DNA of 64,000 bases from Octopus sinensis (lineage: Eukaryota): the NCBI RefSeq assembly GCF_006345805.1, contig NC_043022.1:25172001-25236000 (forward strand), written 5' to 3'. Position numbers and translations under genes: made by a program. Within the stretch, counting starts at the first letter, position 1. The number at the start of each line of letters is the position of its first letter. This document shows positions 12,543 to 25,436 of the stretch, in pieces. The notes beneath the pieces were generated by a model. That model was not told where the DNA came from and did no database searches. It worked only from the letters and a program-made list of their open reading frames with translations.

Positions 12543-13004
12543 GTATGTAATTCTATGTACATTTTGTTGTTGTTGTTATTTAGCATTATGTGAAGCCTGA
12601 TCAAGAAGATCTAACATCAAATCCACTCTAACCGAAACCTGATTCTAGGGAGATTTGGCTCTTATTTTCAGTGAGCCGATGGTGCCTTCGTTGTGTTATG
12701 GTTTCACTAATAACAACACTAAGTGAACACCAGCCTTTTCGAAATCTTTCAAGGGAAGCACTAGATGCAGAAAACTCATTGCCATTGTACCCGACTGAGG
12801 AAAGCATGGCCTGCTTAACGGATTAACATTTGCAAGCCGACATGTTGATAATGATCTGAATCTTCAATATTAAGCTCACAAAGAATCCTTGGAAGAGCTC
12901 GATAACTTCAGCTTTTGTGAAAGGAGTCAGAATTATAAAAGTTTTTACTCACTAATTTTTATCTCAAAGCGCTCACATACACTGTATTCAATGGAAGTGT
13001 CAAA

Positions 13005-13420
13005 TCAGGAACCAAAAATGTAAATATATATATATACCCCTTCCCCACACACACATACATTATGTCATAAGAATTTAGAAACTTCGAGAGAACGTGAAAT
13101 ATTTCGTTTTTCAGGAACCAAAGATGTAAATATATATACCCCTCCACCCCCACACACATACATTATGTCATAAGAATTTAGAAACTTCGAGAGAACATGA
13201 AATATTTCGTTTTTCAGGAACCAAAGATGTAAATATATATACCCCTCCACCCCCACACACATACATTATGTCATAAGAATTTAGAAACTTCGAGAGAATA
13301 TGAAATATTTCGCTTTTCAGGAACCAAAGATGTAAATATATATACCCCTCCACCCCTACACACATACATTATGTCATAAGAATTTAGAAACTTCGAGAGA
13401 ACATGAAATATTTCGTTTTT
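13005..13420. repeat. Tandem repeat, ~103-bp unit x4
   Basis: Unit tcaggaaccaaagatgtaaatatatatacccctccacccccacacacatacattatgtcataagaatttagaaacttcgagagaacatgaaatatttcgttttt at about 13005, 13111, 13214 and 13317. Confidence 0.95.
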
Positions 13421-13554
13421 AACGGTTACACTCAAATTAGATGAAGCTATAGATAATGGTGTGTAAGTACTGTTTGTCTACTTCGAGTTCAACTGTTAAA
13501 AACGAATTATATATGTATACACACACACATAATTATATATATATATATACACAC

Positions 13555-13715
13555 ATGACGGGCTTCGTTTAGTTTCCGTCTACCAAATCTATTCACAAGG
13601 CTTTGGTCAACCCGAGGCAATAGCAGAAGGTACTTGCCCAAAGTGCTATGCAGTGGGACTGAACTCGGAACCAAGCGGTCGGAAAATGAAGCTTGTTACC
13701 ACACAGCCATGCTTA
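13555..13715 (-). mobile_element. SINE family A, head half
   Basis: Reverse complement of ggctgtgtggtaa..gttcagtcccactgc..ttgggcaagt..ttggtagacggaaact. Confidence 0.75.
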
Positions 13716-14014
13716 CGCTCACACACACACACACACACACACACACAATAGACAGAATTTACAAGTGACTCAAGGGACGAGTTCCGTACATGGCTTGTAT
13801 CAGTCCGCCTTGTTACAGGGACGTAAACAAACCAACAGTTGTCAAGCGATGGTGAGAGGTTGACAAACACAGACACAAATATACAGATTATACACGTTGG
13901 GCTTCCACACAGTTTCCGTTGACGGAATTCGCTCGAAAGGCATTGATCGGTTTGGATCAATTACAATAAAATGCCCTTTGCCTAGAGTGACGCGCAACGG
14001 TATTGAACCCCAAA

Positions 14015-14252
14015 AAGGCGGCGAGCTGGCAGAAACGTTAGCACGCCGGACGAAATGCTTAGCAGTATTTCGTCTGCCGCTACGTTCTGAGTTCAAATTT
14101 CGCCGAGGTCGACTTTGCCTTTCATCCTTTCGGGGTCGATTAAATAAGTACCAGTTGCGCACTGGGGTCGATATAATCGACTTAATTCGTTAGTCTGTCC
14201 TTGTTTGTCCTCTCTGTGTTTAGCCCCTTGTAGGTAGTAAAGAAATAGGTAT
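14015..14252 (+). mobile_element. SINE family B, full length
   Basis: aaggcggcgagctggcagaaacgttagcacgccgg...gagttcaaatttcgccgaggtcgac...gtagtaaagaaataggtatt. Confidence 0.85.
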
Positions 14253-14969
14253 TGAACTCCAAATCATCTTCACCACACAACCAATATCTATGCCAATGCA
14301 CAGGTTTAGTGCTACTAAACTGCCGCCAACACTAAGTAAACGGTTGTAGAAGTAGTCACATAGAGAAGAATGAGTGAAATATAACCGTTTAATTATAATC
14401 ATAAAAATATGACAAGACTAACTCATCATTATCGTCATCACCAAAAATAAAATAGGAAAACGTGCCTTCAATGTTTCCCGTCAAAGAAATCAAGCTAATT
14501 ACTTTTAATTTCACGCTTAATTCACACCGAAATGAAAGACCAGCAGTTATGTAAAATTAAAGAAGCTACAGGAATGTTTAAAACAAGATCTTAAACTCCA
14601 TTAAACTTGAGAAAAACTTGGCTTCTTTTCGTGTTATGGAGAGAACTTATCTCACATTTTTTCTTTTTAATCTTGGCAGAGGTTATCGTGATTTAGTTAG
14701 GAGCGATGGCATTGAGGGATTAATGGCCTTATGGTTAGGTGTGTTGCAATCTCGATTGCGAGGTCGTGGACGAGCTGCACATAAAGGAGCCCCAACAAAG
14801 TTTCCTGGATCTGATAGAAATAGACGAATTTCCTTCAAATCACACTTTATCGACCTACAAAATGTGTGCTTGTGCGCGAGCGTCCAACCAAATACAGAGC
14901 CAAAAAGAATGAACGATAGGCAGACAGACAGACAGATATACGCATGAAAAGATTGAGGAAGATATATAT

Positions 14970-15203
14970 ATATTTCTTTACTACCCACAAGGGGCTAAAC
15001 ATAGAAGGGACAAACAAGGACAGACAAAGAGATTAAGTCGATTACATCGACCCAGTGCGAAACTGGTTCTTTATTTATCGACCTCGAGAGGATGAAAAGC
15101 AATGCCGACCTCGGCGGAATTTGAACTCAGAATGTAACGACAGACGAAATACCGCAAAGTATTTCGCCCGGCGCGCTAACGATTCTGCCAGCTCACCGCC
15201 TTC
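14970..15203 (-). mobile_element. SINE family B, full length
   Basis: Reverse-complement match to 14015-14252; tail abuts (TA)n. Confidence 0.85.
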
Positions 15204-15945
15204 GAAGGAAGATATATAAATGTCGACAGAGACTAACTGAAACAGACGATAGAAAAAAAAAAAAAAATGTAATGAAGGAAACGAGAGGGTTTCATTGAAG
15301 CAGACGACAGATTGATAGATAGATTTAGAGAGAAGGAAGGAAGGAAGGATGGGGGGAAAATAGTGAAGGATGAAATCTTTGCCATACTTCAGTGGAAATC
15401 TGAACGTCTGAGCACGAACACAAGTGGTATTATATCTGGTTAAGAGGAATATCTCTGATGAGCTTCTCGAAGACGTAGACAAACACAGAGACGTGGAGGA
15501 TGTTGAGGATGTGAACGGTGGGGCGTGATATCTCATTCCACCGCTAGATAACCCGATATTCAACATCATCGTCTGCCTTTATTTCTTTCTGTATTGCTAT
15601 CAATCCATCTTATAACATTACTGCAGAGACACCCCTACCGTTTTCCTTTTCCTCTAACCATTCCCCTCTCTCTCTCTCTCTCTCAATTTGAGCTGTCTGT
15701 CATCCCTACCTCTCACGGTTAAATAGTCGGTTCGCTAATACACCGTAACCATCACCCCCACCCCCCACTGCCGCCGCCGCACCACCAAGACAGCATCATT
15801 CAGTAACCAAAGATGGGCTTCTCAAAGTTTGAAGAGTTTTGCAAGGGAAATTCTGAGACATTTACAGAAAAATTAGTAGAAAGCGTTCGTGATGGATGGT
15901 TGGGTGAATGGACGGACGAAGGGACGGGCAAAAAGACGGACGAAC

Positions 15946-15983
<38 letters not shown>

Positions 15984-16188
15984 TCACAAGGAGAGAGAGA
16001 GAGAGAGAGATGGATGGACGGCTGGCTTGATAAAAAGACAGATATGCGACTAAAGGTAGATGGACAGGCAAACGGAAAGAAGGAGAGGAATAAGGGCGAA
16101 AAAGGAGGGAAAATGCAGCAAGGAGAGCAGCAGTGGATATATATATATATATATATATGTAAACAGGGTTGGACAACAAGAGAGGGAG

Positions 16189-16189
<1 letters not shown>

Positions 16190-16264
<75 letters not shown>
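16190..16264. repeat. (GATA)n microsatellite
   Basis: Perfect atag repeats. Confidence 0.95.
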
Positions 16265-16265
<1 letters not shown>

Positions 16266-16760
16266 TAGAGAGAGAGAGACAGAGAGAGAGAGAGACATAG
16301 AACGGAAGACAAGGTCAGAAAATTGAGAAGCTGTTTGACAGGATGCTGAGAGAGGGAGAGAGAGAGAGACAAAGAGAGAATTGGAGGGGAAGAAAAGGTA
16401 AAAATTGTGAAAAGGAAGAGGAGACAGCGCAATGTTTGTTTGAGCCGTTGGAGAAGTTATTGAGGCGCGATCGGGGCTGGGGAGACGGCGGCAAACAGGA
16501 TTCTGTCATACTATATATTAAGTAAACCAGGCATTCGTTTTGACAAGATTTCCCAGCAGCCGCCATGTACTTGTCGGATTTTTACGACTGTATATACACA
16601 CACTTATACATACATTCATACATACTAATAAATCATATATTCACAAAGTCATCTATGCACACACACCCTACATACATTCACCACGTGCATGCATACATAA
16701 TAGTTTGAAAGAATTAAAAAAATCCTAAAGTCATGAACTGTCACAGAGGTCAGCTGCTCT

Positions 16761-17275
16761 GCGAGCCTGGCAGAGTCATTAGCACGCCGGGCAAAATGCT
16801 CAACGGCATTTCGTCCATCTTTACGTTCTGAGTTCGAATTCCGCCGAGGTCGACTTTGTCTTTCATCCTTTCGGGGTTGATGAAATAAATACCTGCTTCT
16901 TTACTACCCACAAGAGGCTAAACACAGAGAGGACAATCAAGGACATACAAACGGATTAAGTCGATTATATCGACCCCAGTGCGTAACTGGTACTTATTTA
17001 ATCGACCCCGAAAGGATGAAAGGCAATGCCGACCTCGGCGCAATTTGAACTCAGAATGTAAAGACGGACGAAATACCTATTTCTTTATTACCCACAAGGG
17101 GCTAAAACACAGAGAGGACAATCAAGGACATGCAAACGGATTAAGTCGATTACATTGACCCCAGTACACAACTGGTACTTTATTTATCGACCCCGAGAGG
17201 ATGAAAGGCAATGCCGACCTCGGCGCAATTTGAACTCAGAATGTAAAGACGAACGAAATACCGCTAAGCATTTCG
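16761..17275. mobile_element. SINE family B composite: plus-strand 5' half joined to a minus-strand tandem dimer (184-bp period)
   Basis: Plus copy at 16761-16890. Minus copies with tails at 16891 and 17075. Confidence 0.8.
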
Positions 17276-17945
17276 ATAAACGCTCTATATATTAAATAAA
17301 CCAGGCATTCTTTTGAACATAAGTTGCACATAAAACTCATTGTTCCAATTCCACGAATGGGCCTTTGTTTCTTGGAAACCTGCTCCTTCCTTGGAGAGGG
17401 TATTGAAGTAATTAGAATAAGAGTAAGGGAAGGCATGGAAGGAGGTACACAGACATAACATATAACCGGTTCTGCATGTAGAAAGATAATATATTCTTTC
17501 CGTATTAAACACTATCGCATACCTTGTGCATCAACACAGTTTACTGGCAGGGACCAGCTTATTGACACAGACTTTACTCACTCAACCCTCTAGAATATTC
17601 TTGTTGATATAGAAAACATAGACAAAGACATAGAGAGAGAGAGAGAGTGTGTGTGTGTGTGTGTGTGTGTGTATTTCTGTGTGTGCGTGTTGCGGTTAAG
17701 TAACAGGTCAGCCTTGATCGATTATTAAAAAGCATTCAAGCCGTGACCATCGCGTCTTATTTCTATATTTTTTTTAGATACTGTTGCATCTTGGATCATA
17801 TAATTTAACGTGTCTGTTTATTATTTCTTTTAAAGACAATAATAACGTGAGTTGTTGGAGATTTTAACTGCTGTTTCTAGCGGGTGGAGCGACCACAAAG
17901 GGGATCTTTCGAACCGTGGTATTGACTGTGGTATGAAGAGATGAC

Positions 17946-17981
<36 letters not shown>

Positions 17982-18252
17982 AGCGGTGTTGGTGACGAGG
18001 CGTATGGCAAGGGTGGAGGAGAAACTTACGACCGATACTTTTAGGGCAAGTAAAGTTTATAACAGGAAGAAGAGCAGAGAACGAACCAGAGAGAAAAAGT
18101 GGGGGGATATATAGAGATGAGGGGAAAGAGATGAGGGTTAGGAGAGGGTAAAAGGAGAGGGGGGGAGAGAACGAGAGAGAAGTCGTTAGAGAGAATCTGG
18201 ACGAAGTATATTATAAATAACGGGAAGCAAGCAGAGGTACATGTGAGGGATG

Positions 18253-18291
<39 letters not shown>

Positions 18292-18439
18292 AGCGAGAGC
18301 ATTTGAGTGATGTGCAGATTTTGGAATGACGGCTGTGTGCGTGTGTGTGTGTGACTAGAATGGAAACGAGACCGCGAAAGGCCGAGACAGGCAAAGACGA
18401 AAGATTTATCACCTGGTGAAAATGATTACGTTTGTGTGT

Positions 18440-18478
<39 letters not shown>

Positions 18479-18919
18479 CGCATGTGAGTATGTAATGAAG
18501 ATTGAGTTATCAGAATGTTAAGTAGATTAGAGAGAAGGAGTGGGGCGATAGGGGGAGAAAAGGGGGAGGGTGGGAGGAAAAACGAGATAGATGACAACAT
18601 ACAAATATAAAGTAATGGACCACGCATCCCCGCACCGCCTATGCCCACACTCCAGCCATCCTCTCTCTCTCTCTCTCTCTCCACACACCCCACCCTCGCG
18701 CTCCAGAGGAAAAGCAGACCACACAAAAATAGGCTATAAGTTAGACAAGAAACAAAGGAGAGGAAATAAAGGGAAGAGGTGTACAAGTGGGACAAGACGA
18801 AAAACTGGGCTGGAAGAGCAACGAAGAGGCTTTAAAACATGTCAGATATGGCAATGAGCTTATATCGAGGGACGAACAGAGTGAATGGTCTATAGAGGGG
18901 GAGAGTGCAGCGGGAGTAG

Positions 18920-19390
18920 TTGATGGAGGAGGAGGAGGAGGAGGACGCGGACGAAGTGGACGAGGAAGAAGAAGATGATGATGAAGAGGATGAGCACGAA
19001 GGGGACGTGGAAGAAGAGGAGGAGGAAGAAGGGGAAGAGGAAGTAGAGGAGGAAGAAGAGGAGGAGGAAGGGAAGAAGGGGAAGGAGAGGAAGAAGAAGA
19101 TGAAGAGGTGGAAGAAGAGGAAGAACGGGAAGAGGAGGAAGAAGATGAAGAGGTGGAAGAAGAGGAAGGACGGGAAGAGGAGGAAGAGGAGGATGAAGAG
19201 GAAGAAGAAGATGAAGAGGAAGGAGAGGAAGAAGGGGAAGAAGTGGAAGGAGAGGAAGAGGAGGAAGAAGTGGAAGGAGAGGAATAAGGGGAAGGAGAGG
19301 AAGAAGAAGAGGAAGGAGAGGCGGAAGAAGAAGAGGAGGAAGTTGATGATGATGATGATGATAGTGGTGGCATGATGATAATGATGATGG
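18920..19390. repeat. Polypurine (GAA/GAG)n low-complexity tract
   Basis: Mixed gaggaagaa repeats; no splice or domain support. Confidence 0.8.
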
Positions 19391-19679
19391 TGATATCTCT
19401 CTCTATTGTTTCAGCCATTAGATAGCGGCCATGCCAAGGCACACAGCCTTGAAGAATTCTTAAGCTGAACGAATCGGGCGCCCAGTACTTTTTTTCCCGC
19501 TTTCTTTCTCATGTTTGTTGCCTCCTGGTATATTTATTCTATCGAACTGATTAGCCGGACTGCAAAGTAACGGGGACGTAAACACACCAACACTGGTTGT
19601 CAAGTGGTGATTGGGGGGGGGCAAACAGACGCAAAGACACACACACACACGAACGCATATATATATATATATGTATATA

Positions 19680-19887
19680 CTCTTTACTCTTTTACTTGTT
19701 TCAGTCATTTGACTGCGGACATGCTGGAGCACCGCCTTTAGTCGAACAAATCGACCCCGGGACTTATTCTTTGTAAGCCCAGTACTTATTCTATCGGTCT
19801 CTTTTGCCGAACCGCTAAGTGATGGTGACGTAAATACACCAGCATCGGTTGTCAAGCAATGCTAGGGGGACAAACACAGACACACAA

Positions 19888-19953
<66 letters not shown>

Positions 19954-20112
19954 TTATACATATACATATATATATACCAAATCCACTCACAAGGCTTTGG
20001 TCGGCCCGAGGCTATAGTAGAAGATACTTGCCCAAGGTGCCACGCATTGGGACTGAAACCGGAACCATGTGGTTGGTAAGCAAGCTACTTACCACACAGC
20101 TACTCCTGCGCC
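19680..20112 (-). mobile_element. SINE family A, full length (tRNA-like head, internal (TA)n/(TG)n, LINE-like tail)
   Basis: Reverse complement of the 28906-29356 copy, including the tail aaggcggtgctccagcatg...cagtcaaatgactgaaacaagtaaaagagtaaagag. Confidence 0.88.
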
Positions 20113-20544
20113 TATATATATTATATAAATGTATGATCAACGACTGATTTTTTTTTACTCCTGTGAACAGTTGCTTTCCTATCCCAAATCATAATGTATG
20201 GCCTGTTAGGCCTATATATTATCGAGGTTTTGACAGGAACACGTCAAAATGTACGTGCTTATTCTGGTGATCAAATTGAGAGGTATAAACTCGACAATAT
20301 ATAAACGCATACACACTATAGCAGAAAGTTAAAGAAAACATACATAGATACATACAAACACTCGTTTATTTATATAGAGTGATTGCTTCTTCAAGTCAAA
20401 AGCACTTGCGTACTCCAGCTAAGAGAATATTCAATAAACTTTATATATATGCCTGTATACATCTATTAGCGTTTTATGCACACATGCACATAAAACAAAG
20501 TATACACGATACAAATATATATATATATATATATATTATACCTA

Positions 20545-20600
<56 letters not shown>

Positions 20601-20698
20601 ACATATATATATATATATATATATATAAACCTCTCATGAGCTAATTGCAGCACACGTACACACTTATATATGTTATAATTTATAATTTGAGAGAGAAA

Positions 20699-20741
<43 letters not shown>

Positions 20742-21039
20742 ATGTAGAGGGAGAGAGAGAGTGAATGAATGAATGAATGCGAATTGGATTTTCTTTTGTA
20801 TAATCCTTCAAGAAAAGCCAAAACTATTTCTTCACTCCTCAATCCTACATATATTGGGGCGCAGCCGCCATTCAATTCTTGCTATTCAGCGAATATTATT
20901 GTTGTTGTTATTATGATTGGTGATTATTGTTTAGCTTCATCGGATCAATAACACACATTGAAAACCAACGTCACCTAGTCAAAGACATCTTGTAATGAGA
21001 AATAAAGAAAGCAAAACAAACTAGAAATCTAAATAAAGA

Positions 21040-21290
21040 CACACATACGTAACACACAAACATATATATGTACATACATACAGACAGACACACACGTATA
21101 TACATACATATACACACATATCTACATAACTATATATATATATGTACATATACAGGTATACATACATGTATATGTACGTGTGTATATGTATATATATATA
21201 TATATATATATACATACACAGATGTATATCTATATATATACGTACACACACACGTATTATATATATATACACACACACACTTACATACAG

Positions 21291-21321
<31 letters not shown>

Positions 21322-21626
21322 CTCTCATACATACAAATATATAAAGAAATATATATACATATATACACGCATGCATATACACATACAGATATATGCTGGC
21401 GTACATGAACACACATTATATATATATATATATACATACATACACGCGTGCATATACACATACAGAGATATATGCTGGCGTACATGAACACATATTATAT
21501 ATATATATACACACACGCACACATATATATATATATATACACACACATATATATACACACACATATATATATATACACACACATATATATATATACACAC
21601 ACACACATATATATATACACACACAC

Positions 21627-21669
<43 letters not shown>

Positions 21670-21702
21670 CACACACATATATATATATATATATACACAC
21701 AC

Positions 21703-21735
<33 letters not shown>

Positions 21736-21762
21736 TATATACACACACACACACACATATAT

Positions 21763-21793
<31 letters not shown>

Positions 21794-21862
21794 CACACAC
21801 ACACACACATATATATATATACACACACACACACATATATATATATATACACACACACACAC

Positions 21863-21893
<31 letters not shown>

Positions 21894-21912
21894 TATATAT
21901 ATATACATATAT
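21040..21912. repeat. Compound (TA)n/(CA)n microsatellite block
   Basis: Alternating TA/CA runs; source of many Y/I/H/T ORFs. Confidence 0.9.
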
Positions 21913-22094
21913 GCAGCCGCGCGTGCGCATACATTGTTCTGTTAATGTTCGTCTTCCAAAGACTCTTGCCAGCCAGGTAAGAAGAATCTGACGGAATAGG
22001 CGAAGAAGGAAAGCGGAATATTTCAAAGAATCAAAACGAGAATACCTTCCACCCTATTCAGAAATCCACCCTAGTCACCCCCACCCGCACCCCA

Positions 22095-22130
<36 letters not shown>

Positions 22131-22259
22131 TCTCTGTTTGCTTTCAAAAATCCCTAAGCAAATAATGAATAGAAGTGGCGTGGAAAAACAAAAAACAAAA
22201 AAATTCATTTCTAGAACACGCCCCCGCCCCCACTCTCTCTCTTCTCTATCACTCATTTG

Positions 22260-22291
<32 letters not shown>

Positions 22292-23028
22292 TATTTCATC
22301 TAATTCTATTCCTCCCTCTCTCGTAAACATGTTATATTTCCTTTCTTTCTCTTCCTTACTACTACTACTACTACTACCATCACCACCACCACCACCACCA
22401 CTCGCCATCTTCCCCCCCTCTTCATTTTCCACTCCATTGCTCACTTTCATTTCTGCATCTATGCTTTCTTTCTCGATTCTTCATCTACCTACCTACCTAC
22501 CTATCTCTCTCTCTCACCCACTCCCACCCACCCTCACCACGCGCTGTTTCTTTCAATTATCTTCCGCTGCCCTTAATGTTCGTTTTCTAATTTCTATCCT
22601 CTCCTCCACCGCGACCGCGACCGCCACCACCACCACCACCACCACTACCACTACCATACCATCCATCACTTTCTTCTCCGAAGAAAGATCTTTTTCTAAA
22701 AGACATATTTACAAATCCCTCCAACTCCAACCCTCTCTCTCTCTCTCTCCTTCATTCATTTCTCTCCGCATCTACAGGTTTCCGCAACCTGGCATCACAT
22801 GCACTGATATTACATACTATATATAGAGATACAGACTTGTCAGCTGAATGCACAAATTATAAAAGAAACACACCATCCCCCCCGCCACCAGTAACGACAA
22901 CAGCATCTATAGCAACAGAGCCACCACCTCTTACCTATCACCATCAATCAGCATCTCAAAACACCTTCGCCATCACGAGCAACATCACCACAACCAACAC
23001 AAACACTTCCAATCACAGTAACACCTTA

Positions 23029-23415
23029 GGGGAGGAAGCACTCCGTCGGTTACGACGACGAGGGTTCCGGTTGATCCGAATCAACGGAACAGCCTGCTCG
23101 TGAAATTAACGTGTAAGTGCCTGAGCACCCCACAGACACGTGTACCCTTAACGTAGTTCTCGGGGATATTCAGCGTGACAAAGAGAGTGACAAGGCCGGC
23201 CCTTTGAAATACAGGTACAACAGAAACAGGAAGTAACAGTGAGAGAAAGTTGTGGTGAAAGAGTACAGCAGGGATCACCACCATCCCCTGCCGGAGCCTC
23301 GTGGAGCTTTAGGTGTTTTCGCTCAATAAACACTCACAACGCCCTGTCTGGGAATCGAAACCGCGATCCTATGACCGCGAGTCCGCTGCCCTAACCACTG
23401 GGCCATTGCGCCCCC
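23029..23415 (-). mobile_element. tRNA-derived SINE family C, full length
   Basis: The minus strand begins ggggcgcaatggcccagtggttagggcagcggactcgcggtcataggatcgcggtttcgattccc (A box TGGCCCAGTGG, B-box-like GTTTCGATTCC). Nearly identical to 29929-30302. Confidence 0.9.
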
Positions 23416-23696
23416 ACCTATAATTATTATTATTATTATTAATATCATCATTATTAAAATATTAGTAGTAATAGTGGTAACAGAGTAAGCTAGGTTTTCT
23501 GGGATTTCCTTGATTGTCCTTAGGCAGCACTCCCCATCACCCGCACCGCTAGGTGAATCTTGTTTATTAGAATCTTTTCTTTTTTACATTTTGTTGGGTG
23601 TTTTTTTCCCTTCACATTATTTTACACGTTTTACGTTGCATCTTGTCTTTTTCCCCCTGCATCTCTTTTCTTTCAGCCAATGTTGCTAATAAAGAC

Positions 23697-23729
<33 letters not shown>

Positions 23730-24240
23730 ATCATTATTATTATTATAGCTGTTGTTACTATTTTTATTATTCATATTACCACTGCAAACACAACCGCCAC
23801 TACCACCACACATACACACAACTAAATTTAGAGATCTATGATTTCCTTGCCATATAAAATACAATTCATTTTAGGTTTACTGCTAAAAATGTTAAAAATA
23901 ATTTTGCACATACACACAGTCAAGTGTGTAGACATACATACGATTGTATCTTTATACGCAATTTTCATAAATGTAATTGCGTGTATATAAATTCGTTCAT
24001 ACAAGCAATAGATATAATTGTGCGCCTGTATGTATAAAATTACACACGCACGTATATGTATATATAAATATATATGCATACATACGCACATTCAAATACA
24101 CACACAGACACATGTATATATGAATATACATAGATACACACATACATAAATATAAACACACACATACCAATAGACACACACAAATTCCGATATACACAGA
24201 AAACTTAAGGTGTGTGTGAGAGAGAGAATGCGCGTGTATT

Positions 24241-24283
<43 letters not shown>

Positions 24284-25144
24284 ATATGTGTGTGTGTATT
24301 TATATATATATATGTATATATATGTGTGTATGTGTATGTATATATATATGTGCATATGCACATATTACATGCGTATACCCATATACATGCCAATAAAAAA
24401 CATATATATACACATACATCTAATCACGTGAAAGAGGATGTATTGTCAATGAAGATGAAGAAAAAACAATAAAAAGAAAGAAAACAGCCCCAAAAATGGT
24501 AAAAATATAAGACGGAAGAGAGGAGGGAGAGAAGTAAGATATTTATGAAAATCCAAAATTATTCATTAATTTCTTTTCCCATTCTTCGTTTGTTTGCAGT
24601 GAAATGAAATAAATAACAGGTTGTTGTTTTGTTGCTGCTACTACTGTTGGTGATGACGATGATGATGATGATGATGATGATGAAGGTGGTGGTGGTGGTG
24701 GTGGTGATGCCGATGGTGGTAGTAGTAGTGGTGGTGATGAAAATGAGATTTATTCCTAGAACGGGATTTCATGGAATGATGGATGAAACGGAATCCGGAT
24801 ATTCTTGGTCTTGCCGTATAGATATAACAATGGAAGTACATTAATGATTTCTCACATAGCCACAAGCCTTCATTTTTATTTTGCTTTCCTTCTATTATTA
24901 TTATTATTGTCATCATTATTATTATTATTATTACTATTATTACTATTATTATTATTATTATTATTGTTTTCTTTTTTGCGGTAGTGGGGAAGGAGTAAGG
25001 ATTGGGAAATTTAAAGGGGTGATATAGTCGATTGAATAAGCCCCGGTACACCTAATCGGTGGGCCTGCAAGAAATAGCTGCCAAATCACCCTAAAATGAA
25101 CTCAACACACACACAAAGCTTCTATAATATGGCATAACTGGCAT

Positions 25145-25436
25145 CGGTTGCGATGATAAGAGTTTCAGCCTCCTCGTGAAGTTAACGTTGCAAGTGGCTG
25201 AGTACTCCGCAGACACGAATACTCGTAACGTATTTCTCAGGGAGATTCAGTGTGACACAGAATGTGACATGGCTGGCCCTTTGAATTACAAATGCAACTC
25301 ATGTCTGCCAGTTGAGTGGAGTGAGAGCAACGTGAAATAATGTGTCTTTCTCAAAGACACAGTGTGCCGTCTGGAATCGAACTCATGACCTAACGATCAT
25401 GAGCAGAACACCTTAAACACTAAGTTGTGCACCTTC
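25145..25436 (-). mobile_element. Diverged relative of SINE family C/F
   Basis: Shares the ctcgtgaa.ttaacgt..aagtggctgag.actcc.cagacacg block with family C and the gagcaacgtgaaataa block with family F. Confidence 0.65.

Noticed and set aside
13005-13420. CRISPR-like array (also 4432-5150 and 57570-58190)
   Set aside because: Whole units repeat with no unique spacers; eukaryotic context and no cas genes.
14656-14811. Splice-site-bounded minus-strand segment
   Set aside because: Stop codons in all three frames and no Eph similarity.
15456-15480. CTGATGAG...GAAGACGTA as a hammerhead ribozyme
   Set aside because: Lacks GAAA and a real stem II, and has no family context.
15075-15569. Minus ORF MMLNIGLSSGG... 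as Eph first exon
   Set aside because: No hydrophobic signal peptide, only a weak donor (GTATGG), and the ORF runs into a SINE.
18030-18196. Hydrophobic minus-strand frame ending at a strong phase-1 GTAAGT donor, as Eph signal-peptide exon
   Set aside because: No in-frame ATG (stop upstream), and hydrophobicity follows from CT-rich sequence. Cannot be fully excluded without RNA data.
18741-19442. Acidic/basic (E/K) and poly-S ORFs
   Set aside because: GAA/GAG low-complexity tract with frame-dependent composition, no domain and no splice support.
23340-23415. tRNA gene
   Set aside because: tRNA-like head of a multi-copy SINE; continues into the SINE body and lacks a complete acceptor stem.
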